Assembly (NCBI GenBank): GCA_050952725.1
Contig: JBMNLN010000001.1
Location: 752,108-816,107, forward strand
Origin: Bacilli bacterium
GTDB lineage: Bacteria > Bacillota_I > Bacilli_A > RFN20 > CAG-826
Reading direction: 5' to 3'
DNA length: 64,000 bases
The notes beneath the pieces were generated by a model. It made no database searches. It was not told the origin of the DNA and worked only from the letters and a program-made list of their open reading frames with translations. Below are positions 56,450 to 64,000 of the stretch, in pieces (the stretch's first letter is position 1; every line of letters starts with the position of its first letter). The translations under genes and the position numbers were made by a program.

Positions 56450-58342
56450 TTACTCCGTACGATAGACTTTTAAATAACTGATTTTCATCATCGCCTCGGC
56501 AAATTGCGTTCCGATATCACTGCCATTGACCACCAGATAAAGTTGGAACTGCGGGTAAAGGGGATTAAAATCAATTACTTGGAATCCCGTTTCATTTCCA
56601 GAACTTAATTTAAGGGGGTTTTGCGAGATAATATTGCCATTTGCGTCATAATATAAGACCTTGATTTCCCACATCGTTTTGACAAAATCATTCAGGCGAT
56701 TTAATTCATCAACTTGTAAGAGCATTTGGATGTGAGCGGTCTGGGGTTGAACAAATTTTTGACTCACAATTCCCCCGAAGCAGTATTTCGCTTCGGGGTA
56801 TTTGTTTTGTTTCATCACCAACTTATCCCCTTCAAGGCGGAGTGAAGCGGGACTAAGCGCGTGGATAATCGGGTCTTCACTTTGTTTGGTGCGATCGGGA
56901 ATAGTCCACTTGGCAGCGTTGATGAAATCTTGAGGATAATCGTTAAAGTAGAGCGAGGTGCGACGCACATCAATCGTATATTTTTGTGGTTGTCCAGCGT
57001 TATTGATAATGATGCCCTGTTCGATATAAGCCTCATCCTTTTGCCAAGTGCTGGCTTTAGTCGCGTAATTGATATATAAATCTTCTGCGTTTCCTTCCGC
57101 ATAAAGTAATCCATTGATATTGCGATAGATTTTATTAGCGCTCCCATCGGTCAGATGGAGTTTGATCCGCGCTTTATTATTGAATTCGCGGGCGTTGGCT
57201 TCATTTAGATGCGTGGCATTATTAGCATCAAAATAATTTTCTAAAACGCAAGTATGCCCTTCTTGGTGACTGTGAACACTACTCATCGTTTCCGGAGTGA
57301 TATTCAAGTAAATTTCCCCAGTCCAAGTCGTGTTAAATAAAGTTTGAAAGAGGGGCAAGCCTTCGTTGGTACCGTTATAGTTAATTGTCGCTAATGCGGT
57401 TTTTAAATCATCGATATTTTCGTAACCACTTAAAACATCGATCAGAAGAGTAGCGACTTTACTCTGATCTACTTTTGATTTGGCCGTGACGATGGTGCGA
57501 CCGACGCTTGCAAACTGCACCATTCCGCTTTCGTTTACGTAGGCAATCTGCGGATTGGCACTTTCCCATAATACTTCCTGATTAGCGGTGCTTGGAGTAA
57601 TTGAAGTAGTTAAATGAACCGGTTCGCTATGAACAAGGCGCGCAAGCTGCTGATCAATAATCGCTGGCGAAGTAATCTCGATGCTCGTAATCGCTGCTTG
57701 ATTGTTGTAAATCGCGATATGTCGCAAATTTAATTCAGCGGTTTGTCTTTCCCCGTCGGGACCTTTGGCGAGGACATGGAAAGTACAATGTTTTATTTGC
57801 TCGCGATACTTCCACCCATTTTGGTAACCAGGATCGGGTTGAGTATTCCGTTCTCGATATTTTTGGCAAAGCATTGAATCAACGACATTGACCGAGATGA
57901 GTCCAGGGGTGTTTTCATCTGATAAAACGTAATAATATTCGAGCTCTCCCTCGACAGCTAATTTAATGATGTATTGAGAATAAGCATCGATGACATCCAT
58001 TTCGAAAATCACCGCTTTGGCGAAATCCAAAGCCAAAACCGGCGTTTGCACCCCGCCGTAATTGTCTAAACTCGCATCAATATTCCAAATTGACACATAG
58101 TCATCTTCCCCATGGTAATGAGCCACACCAGCTGGAGTTGCACTGCCAAATTGACTAATATGATGAGCAGAATATCGAACACTTTCACCATTCCATGAGG
58201 GAATTTCTGAGGGATTATCGCTATTGCTACTCGGATCGAGCGACGCGGAATCATTACTGCTTAAAGAAACACGGCTGGAGTTAGGTGTGCAGCTGCTGAT
58301 AATCAAGATTCCGAAAATTCCTAAAATGATTTTTTTCTTCAT
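56450..58342 (-). CDS. Lipoprotein with a Big_2 (bacterial Ig-like) domain. Function unknown.
   Basis: The lipobox is ILIISSCTPN. A Big_2-like segment is ...ANQEVLWESANPQIAYVNESGMVQFASVGRTIVTAKS.... Confidence 0.5.
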   Translation of the reverse strand: MKKKIILGIFGILIISSCTPNSSRVSLSSNDSASLDPSSNSDNPSEIPSWNGESVRYSAHHISQFGSATPAGVAHYHGEDDYVSIWNIDASLDNYGGVQTPVLALDFAKAVIFEMDVIDAYSQYIIKLAVEGELEYYYVLSDENTPGLISVNVVDSMLCQKYRERNTQPDPGYQNGWKYREQIKHCTFHVLAKGPDGERQTAELNLRHIAIYNNQAAITSIEITSPAIIDQQLARLVHSEPVHLTTSITPSTANQEVLWESANPQIAYVNESGMVQFASVGRTIVTAKSKVDQSKVATLLIDVLSGYENIDDLKTALATINYNGTNEGLPLFQTLFNTTWTGEIYLNITPETMSSVHSHQEGHTCVLENYFDANNATHLNEANAREFNNKARIKLHLTDGSANKIYRNINGLLYAEGNAEDLYINYATKASTWQKDEAYIEQGIIINNAGQPQKYTIDVRRTSLYFNDYPQDFINAAKWTIPDRTKQSEDPIIHALSPASLRLEGDKLVMKQNKYPEAKYCFGGIVSQKFVQPQTAHIQMLLQVDELNRLNDFVKTMWEIKVLYYDANGNIISQNPLKLSSGNETGFQVIDFNPLYPQFQLYLVVNGSDIGTQFAEAMMKISYLKVYRTE

Positions 58343-58346
58343 AAGT

Positions 58347-60392
58347 TCACCTGCATATCACTCTCTTGGTTACATAATCTTGTAAACCACTTTGGGTTTC
58401 GATGAGCACCTTTAAGGTGTAGTCGGTATCGGGTAATAAATCTTTTTCGTAATTAAAGAGATGCAGAGGTTCACCATCATAGGCTAAAATTTCGTTAAAA
58501 TAAATCTTCATTTTCATCACTTCATCGTTACGTAAACCAGTATAACGAATCTCGATGTTAGACTGCTCTGTTAACTCTTGCCGGGTATCAATATTGATTA
58601 ATTCCACCGCAGGACGCTTTTTGCTTAAGATATCTTCCCTTAAATAAAAGGTGTCACCTTCAAGTTTCAAATAACTGTTAACCGGTATGACTTTTAGTAC
58701 CAAGGCGCTTTCTTTTGGAAGGGAAATGCGAACATTTCCTTGTAAATCGCGTCCGAATATCGAATTGGATGTCATATCAAACAAGTCGTATTTTTCTTTT
58801 GTTCCGTTAAAGGTGAAGACGCAATCTTCGGGATAAGGATTATAGAACATATAGGTTGGGTATCCGTTACTCCCAAAACTATCCGTGGCATTTAAATCGA
58901 TTTGGAGGATGCCATCAACGTCGGTTGGCGATACGAGTGCCCCCATCCCTCCAAGGAACACACTGCTATATAGACTTAAATCAGATGGTTGATCAAACAT
59001 CGTGGTTGCATCGCCCATCGCATATCCGTTTATTCCGTTCCAAGAATTTCGAAAGCCTTCGTAAATGATGTTGCCTTGGGGATCAAACGGCAAATAATAA
59101 TCCATTGATTGGCGTTCAAGTGGATGTTCTTTGGGGAAGAAGATGCGACTATTACTAACGACATTGAGCATATATTTACCCAAGGCGGTGGCAAAACGAG
59201 GTTCATATTTCACCAGGGGCATTAACGTCGTGGGTAAGTGGAAAGAGTTCATCGAAAAGGCGTAATCGCCAGTTTGCCCGACTAGCCCATGCATTGGGTA
59301 ACCGCCGAAGGTATTATTCATCACCGCCCATCCTGGCCGAAAGGCCGAATCGGGGTCGAAGATAAAGTCAAGAAATTTACCAATGTCATAATCAGTGCCG
59401 TATTTTTGATTTAATACTGCGGCAACATAAGGGGCATAATCAGTGAGCGCTTCATAATTTGGGTTTTTTTGATAGGTTTGCAGGTAATCAAGCACTTCTT
59501 TACACCCGATTAAATATTTGTCATCCTTTGTGATTTCATAAGCAGAATAAAAAAGAAAAGCAAGACCACCGTTAGGGGGTTCGATATGGCCACCCGTTGT
59601 CGTCGGCGAGCCTAAAACCACGTTGTAGCCTACAAATTCATAATTTGGTTGCCCCTCTTTGACAAAGTTGGGTAAGGCTGCTAACCATTGATTAGCACCG
59701 TTTAAAACCATCTCGCGCATATAAGGGGTTTCTGGATAATAATCAAATAGACGCGCGAATAAAATTTGTGGGAATAAGTCATACCAAAAACTTTGACCTT
59801 GGACCCCATAGTTGTGGACTAATTTACTACCTGTGTCATAACTTGCAAATGTCATTTCGACAAAGTCATAAGTGATTTCATCGAAAAATTGTCTTTGTTT
59901 GTCAATTCCGGCCCAAGTACTCCCCAATACGGCCCCAATAGTCACAATTGCTTCGCTTCCAGAACTAAGGACGCGATTATCCCCGACATAGGTGGGAAAA
60001 CCAAAAGTTCGTTTTAAATATCCAGTTTCTAACGGATTATATATCGGGGGTTGCCGCGGTTGATCAAGCCAATAGCCCATGGGACTCCAAGTGGTCGGGT
60101 CATTAGCGATATAAGCAGGTAACTTCGCTTCAATGTCATGGGCAAAATCAAAAGCTAAAGCATCAAAATCTTTAGCGATTTTTTTAAAATTAATATATCG
60201 GTAATTATTTGGAAAAGATGGGAAGGTATTAATCCGTGAAACAGCTTTTTGAGTGCTTTTTTCGCGGGGATAAACTGTTTCAGGAGGATTTTGACTGCTT
60301 GATTCAAAAGATTCACTACCATTAGAAAGGTGGCAGCTGGTCACTAGCAAAAACAAAATGATAAATACACTAAAGGGATGTTTTTTATTCAT
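58347..60392 (-). CDS. Large lipoprotein, possibly an (α/α)6-type glycoside hydrolase-like protein.
   Basis: The lipobox is FLLVTSCHL. The 681 aa product has a Trp/Tyr-rich central region typical of glycan-binding or hydrolysing folds. No firm family assignment is made. Confidence 0.4.
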   Translation of the reverse strand: MNKKHPFSVFIILFLLVTSCHLSNGSESFESSSQNPPETVYPREKSTQKAVSRINTFPSFPNNYRYINFKKIAKDFDALAFDFAHDIEAKLPAYIANDPTTWSPMGYWLDQPRQPPIYNPLETGYLKRTFGFPTYVGDNRVLSSGSEAIVTIGAVLGSTWAGIDKQRQFFDEITYDFVEMTFASYDTGSKLVHNYGVQGQSFWYDLFPQILFARLFDYYPETPYMREMVLNGANQWLAALPNFVKEGQPNYEFVGYNVVLGSPTTTGGHIEPPNGGLAFLFYSAYEITKDDKYLIGCKEVLDYLQTYQKNPNYEALTDYAPYVAAVLNQKYGTDYDIGKFLDFIFDPDSAFRPGWAVMNNTFGGYPMHGLVGQTGDYAFSMNSFHLPTTLMPLVKYEPRFATALGKYMLNVVSNSRIFFPKEHPLERQSMDYYLPFDPQGNIIYEGFRNSWNGINGYAMGDATTMFDQPSDLSLYSSVFLGGMGALVSPTDVDGILQIDLNATDSFGSNGYPTYMFYNPYPEDCVFTFNGTKEKYDLFDMTSNSIFGRDLQGNVRISLPKESALVLKVIPVNSYLKLEGDTFYLREDILSKKRPAVELINIDTRQELTEQSNIEIRYTGLRNDEVMKMKIYFNEILAYDGEPLHLFNYEKDLLPDTDYTLKVLIETQSGLQDYVTKRVICR

Positions 60393-60503
60393 TTTATATG
60401 TGCCTCGATTTTAGTATAGCACAACAATTATTAATAAAAACCTTTTAATTAAAAAATTAATCAAAAATTAATCTATATTTAATCAATTATTTATGCATTC
60501 GCT

Positions 60504-61493
60504 CTAACGAATGATGGTTTTAACAGAATCTCTTTCAACTAATGTGACGGTGATTTGCTGCATCACCCGCTTCTTATTCATGATGTCAATCATTGCGTTA
60601 TAAGCTTTTTTAGCAAAGGAATCACGAGCGGGACCAATGGAGGTTAATTTGGGCAAGAGATTTTCACAGAGTTGGGTATTATCGAAACTGACCACCGAAA
60701 CATCATCGGGGATTTTAAATCCATTGAAGGAGAGGATGGAGTAAAGTTTTTGTGCCGCGGCATCACAGTGACAAATAAAAGCGGTGGGCATCTCATCAAG
60801 CGGAAGATCAAATATCACTTGACTCAATTCAATGTTTTCATTGATATGCCAATTTGGGCGATAGATTAATCCGTGTTCATTAATGGCTTTTAAATATCCA
60901 AAATAGCGATCGGAAACGGCTGCCGTTTTATTGATATTACCAATAAAACCAATCTTTCGGTGACCTTTTTCGATCAAATAGTTGGTGAGTTTATACGCGG
61001 TTTGATAGTTATTGTTATACATAAAGTTCAGCGTGTATAACGGCGAATAATAGTCGATGAACAAGGAAGGGATGCTGACATCTTCCATGTATTTAAAAAC
61101 TTCCGGATCCAATTCACCTGCAAAAAACACCCCATCAGGTTTTAAAATACTAATGGCCGATTTAAGTTTTTCAACTGGATTGATATCGTCAACAAAAACA
61201 ACTTGGAGCATACTATCGGCTTTGGATAATTCACCGCTTAAATAGTAAAAGATATTTGAATAGTATTGCTCGGATGGAGTTAAGAAGAAGTCCTTATTAA
61301 TCACAAAAATAAAACGACTATTATCCATGACTTGGCGAGGTGATTTTACGCCATACCCTACGGAAGTGGCATAGGTTTTAATTCTCTTACGCAGATCTTC
61401 ACTCACGCCTTTTTGATTATTGAGTGCTTTATGGACGGCGACTGTGCTGATATTGAATTTTTCTGCGATACTTTTTAATGTGACTTTTTTCAT
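60504..61493 (-). CDS. LacI-family transcriptional regulator.
   Basis: The N-terminal HTH is VTLKSIAEKFNISTVAVHKALNN, followed by a periplasmic-binding-protein-like sugar-binding domain. Confidence 0.8.
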   Translation of the reverse strand: MKKVTLKSIAEKFNISTVAVHKALNNQKGVSEDLRKRIKTYATSVGYGVKSPRQVMDNSRFIFVINKDFFLTPSEQYYSNIFYYLSGELSKADSMLQVVFVDDINPVEKLKSAISILKPDGVFFAGELDPEVFKYMEDVSIPSLFIDYYSPLYTLNFMYNNNYQTAYKLTNYLIEKGHRKIGFIGNINKTAAVSDRYFGYLKAINEHGLIYRPNWHINENIELSQVIFDLPLDEMPTAFICHCDAAAQKLYSILSFNGFKIPDDVSVVSFDNTQLCENLLPKLTSIGPARDSFAKKAYNAMIDIMNKKRVMQQITVTLVERDSVKTIIR

Positions 61494-61839
61494 TGCGACT
61501 CCTCCATTTTAACTGTTTGCTTAGATTAAATTTTATGCATTAACTGAAATCTTATTCCCGGTAGTCATTCAATTAAGCTGCTGGTTGGAAATAATTATCA
61601 GGTCATTTTAGTGGGCTTTTTGTGTAAAAACGCAATTATTTTATCCCACAAGTTGATATTACTACAAATTAATTAAAAAGTTTATGCTAAAGTTAATTTA
61701 ATCTTTTTTAACTGCTAATTTCAATAAATTAACCGATAAATTAACCGTTTGGATATTGACAAAGTGCTTTTCCCGCCATAACATAAAATCAGTGAGGTGT
61801 GTTTATTTATATATATTAGACACAAAAGGAGAGAATAAT

Positions 61840-63516
61840 ATGAAGAAACGCTTATCGATTTCCCTCATTGTTGGCGCTTTTGCTTTACTCACTAGTGTAT
61901 TCTTACCGAAACCTGAGGCGGGGCAAGTAAGAGCTGATCACACACCTTATCAAGTGTTAAATGGGGGCTTTGAAACTGGCGATTTTACTGGTTGGAAGAC
62001 ATATCGACTTTGGAAAAATGAAGATGGAATGGCGGCTTTTGATCCTTCGCTGGTCCATGGATATGCGACCTATTTCGGATCGCATCCCTATGACCGTGAT
62101 GGAAACTATCAACTCGGTGTTTCTTCAGGTCAAAATGCTAGTGATGGTCCAATCAAATGGGATGGCGGAATGTCAGAAGAGCGCATGGGGTATCTCCGTT
62201 CGAGCGATTTTATCCTCGGGGGCAGTGGCTGGATTAGCTTTAAGCTCGGAGGTGGTAAACACCCATCCTTTGCTTATTTATCCGTGCGCAAATCCACTGA
62301 CCATACTGAGGTGGCGCGGTTTGCGAATCGCCACTACAATGATAAGACGGTAGCTACTGCACAATATGGTTCCGATATTACGAACGCAGAAGCCTTTCTA
62401 TTCCAATATTATTTCGATTTGAGTGAACACTTGACGGAAAAACTTTACTTTTTACTTTGTGATACCTCCTCTTGGGAGTGGTCTGTTCTTTCCGCTGATA
62501 GTTTTGTCACTTACTACGCTGATGCCCCAACTCCCAGTGCGGATCAAACTGCGGTTAATATCTTGCCCGAAGTAAAAAATATCGCAACCGCTGATAACTC
62601 AATCAAAAATGGTTTTTTCGCTTATGGTCTTGACGACTGGAGCACTTCCGCCACGCAAGGCGATAAGGATATGGGGTGGAATATCGACGGTGACTCCGCC
62701 CGTAGTAATAAAAACGGCAAAGGTGATGGCGGAGTTGGTATTCTCCGCTCAAGTGCCTTTATTTTAACTGACAATAAATACGTAAAATTTGATTGGGCAG
62801 GCGGACTCAAATATGACAAACAAATCTTTGTATCCGTCAAAGAAGTGGGAACCAATATCGAAAAATTGCGGTTTGTCCGCAGGGAAAATTTATCTGGTAA
62901 AGAAAGTGAAAATTTCGATAATCATCTGCTCGATTTGACCGGGCTAGATGACACGAAAAAATATTACTTAGAATTTGCTGATAACCGCGCTTCTGGCTGG
63001 GGTGTGTCCTACGTTAAAGGAGTCCAATTGGTAAACTATTACACACCCGATGGAGACCGTGCCGTTGCCATTAGTCATTTACCGACGAATTTTAATATCG
63101 ATCCTCTTCAAGAAGCGACTAACTATGGGGCATACTTCCTAGCGCAAACGGCGGATATGTGTCTAGCCGGAACGGGAAATCTCGTCAATTGGGGAACGCT
63201 TGAGACCGAATATGGCTTATTATCAAATGCCGCAAAAGATATCTTCGTCGATAATGCGACTACTGATGCTAATGTCGTGGCCGCCCGGGAAAGAGCGGTC
63301 TATCTCTTCAATAAATATGGCGCAACCGAAGGATGGACTTTCTTCATCGTCGATTCGACGAATGTCCCATATCCTAAACCATCGGGATTTAAACCAAATG
63401 ATAGCGCGCTTGCCTCGGAAGTATCGCTGAGCAATCTCATCACCTTAGCGACGATTGTTTTAGGAAGTGCGGTTTTATACTTAGCGATGCGGCGCAAACG
63501 TCTAGTTATTAAATAG
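61840..63516 (+). CDS. Surface protein with tandem CBM4_9-like domains and a C-terminal transmembrane anchor.
   Basis: The start is set at ATG 61840, with an AAAGGAGAG RBS and a signal peptide. The motifs LNGGFETGDFTGW ... GYLRSSDFILGGSGWISFKLGGG and IKNGFFAYGLDDW ... GILRSSAFILTD..YVKFDWAGG are present. The C-terminus is LITLATIVLGSAVLYLAMRRKRLVIK. Confidence 0.55.
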   Translation: MKKRLSISLIVGAFALLTSVFLPKPEAGQVRADHTPYQVLNGGFETGDFTGWKTYRLWKNEDGMAAFDPSLVHGYATYFGSHPYDRDGNYQLGVSSGQNASDGPIKWDGGMSEERMGYLRSSDFILGGSGWISFKLGGGKHPSFAYLSVRKSTDHTEVARFANRHYNDKTVATAQYGSDITNAEAFLFQYYFDLSEHLTEKLYFLLCDTSSWEWSVLSADSFVTYYADAPTPSADQTAVNILPEVKNIATADNSIKNGFFAYGLDDWSTSATQGDKDMGWNIDGDSARSNKNGKGDGGVGILRSSAFILTDNKYVKFDWAGGLKYDKQIFVSVKEVGTNIEKLRFVRRENLSGKESENFDNHLLDLTGLDDTKKYYLEFADNRASGWGVSYVKGVQLVNYYTPDGDRAVAISHLPTNFNIDPLQEATNYGAYFLAQTADMCLAGTGNLVNWGTLETEYGLLSNAAKDIFVDNATTDANVVAARERAVYLFNKYGATEGWTFFIVDSTNVPYPKPSGFKPNDSALASEVSLSNLITLATIVLGSAVLYLAMRRKRLVIK

Positions 63517-63630
63517 AGCGGATTTTGCTTTTAAAATTAAAACTCTTTTCTCAATGGTGGAGCGGGTAGGCTAGCAGATGCTAAAAGGGCTATTTGTTCC
63601 ACCATTAATTATGTGGATAAGGCCAAAAAG

Positions 63631-64000
63631 ATGATTGAGATGAACGCAGAAATCAAACGGTGGCAAGCAAGTGAACTGCTCCCTCCTGACTATAGAAAAA
63701 TCTTAGAAACCACCTCAAAAGAGGAACTTTTTGAATGCTTTGGTGGCCAGCTAGGATTTGGGACTGGGGGAATGCGCGGCTTAATGGGAGTTGGTCCTAA
63801 TCGCATTAATGACTTCACGATTAAAGGGGCGACCATCGGCCTTGCTCATTTTTTATTAGAAAAATTTACTCTACCAATCCGGGTGTTGATCGCTTATGAC
63901 ACCCGGCGTGATGGTCAACGCTTTGCTCATGTGGCCGCACAAACCCTTGCGCATTTTCAGATTAATTCCTTGCTTTTCAAGGCGCCTCGGCCGACGCCAC
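63631..64000 (+). CDS. Phosphomannomutase/phosphoglucomutase-family protein, partial; the C-terminus lies beyond the window.
   Basis: FGTGGMRG is the active-site phosphoserine loop consensus of phospho-sugar mutases (TASHNP-type family). The alternative start at 63640 cannot be distinguished. Confidence 0.6.
   Translation, partial: MIEMNAEIKRWQASELLPPDYRKILETTSKEELFECFGGQLGFGTGGMRGLMGVGPNRINDFTIKGATIGLAHFLLEKFTLPIRVLIAYDTRRDGQRFAHVAAQTLAHFQINSLLFKAPRPTP

Overview
This 64 kb window looks like chromosomal DNA from a low-GC, wall-less or Mollicutes-like Firmicute that uses the standard genetic code. TGA acts as a stop codon (for example at 24197-24199 and 26872-26874) and Trp is encoded by TGG. 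Lineage clues are a PotA ATPase with the insertion and C-terminal extension typical of Mollicutes, many lipoprotein lipoboxes, and exported proteins held by C-terminal transmembrane anchors instead of LPXTG motifs.

From left to right the window contains:
- a partial MFS transporter gene;
- tRNA-Ser(CGA);
- a membrane protein with degenerate GGDEF-EAL domains, co-transcribed with an archaeal-type prolyl-tRNA synthetase;
- tRNA-Ser(GCT);
- several surface proteins and a small lipoprotein;
- a potABCD polyamine ABC importer;
- a DUF-type hypothetical protein and a HI0933/BaiN-like flavoprotein;
- tRNA-Cys;
- an AT-rich island of about 7 kb (roughly 18.33-25.5 kb). It carries an AAA_14/DUF4143 ATPase, an Mrr-like restriction endonuclease, a PD-(D/E)xK + DGQHR (DndB-like) fusion protein translationally coupled to a Dam-family m6A methyltransferase, and a small ORF. 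The island sits between tRNA-Cys and a six-gene tRNA cluster (Arg, Pro, Ala, Met, Ile2, Ser);
- a NUDIX hydrolase;
- tRNA-His;
- a higB/higA-like toxin-antitoxin pair whose antitoxin has an ImmA/IrrE metallopeptidase domain, with paired palindromic operators upstream;
- a Na/Pi cotransporter with PhoU domains;
- two LacI-regulated glycan-utilisation loci. The first encodes a substrate-binding protein, a fused double permease, two GH30 enzymes and a CBM26-bearing surface protein. The second is a roughly 17.6 kb minus-strand gene string encoding lipoproteins, a GH130 phosphorylase, a sugar ABC transporter, a tandem-CBM lipoprotein, a GH125 α-mannosidase, a discoidin-GH130 enzyme and a GLUG-repeat lipoprotein;
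- another tandem-CBM surface protein;
- the start of a phosphomannomutase-like gene.

No rRNA genes, CRISPR arrays, IS elements or integrases were seen.
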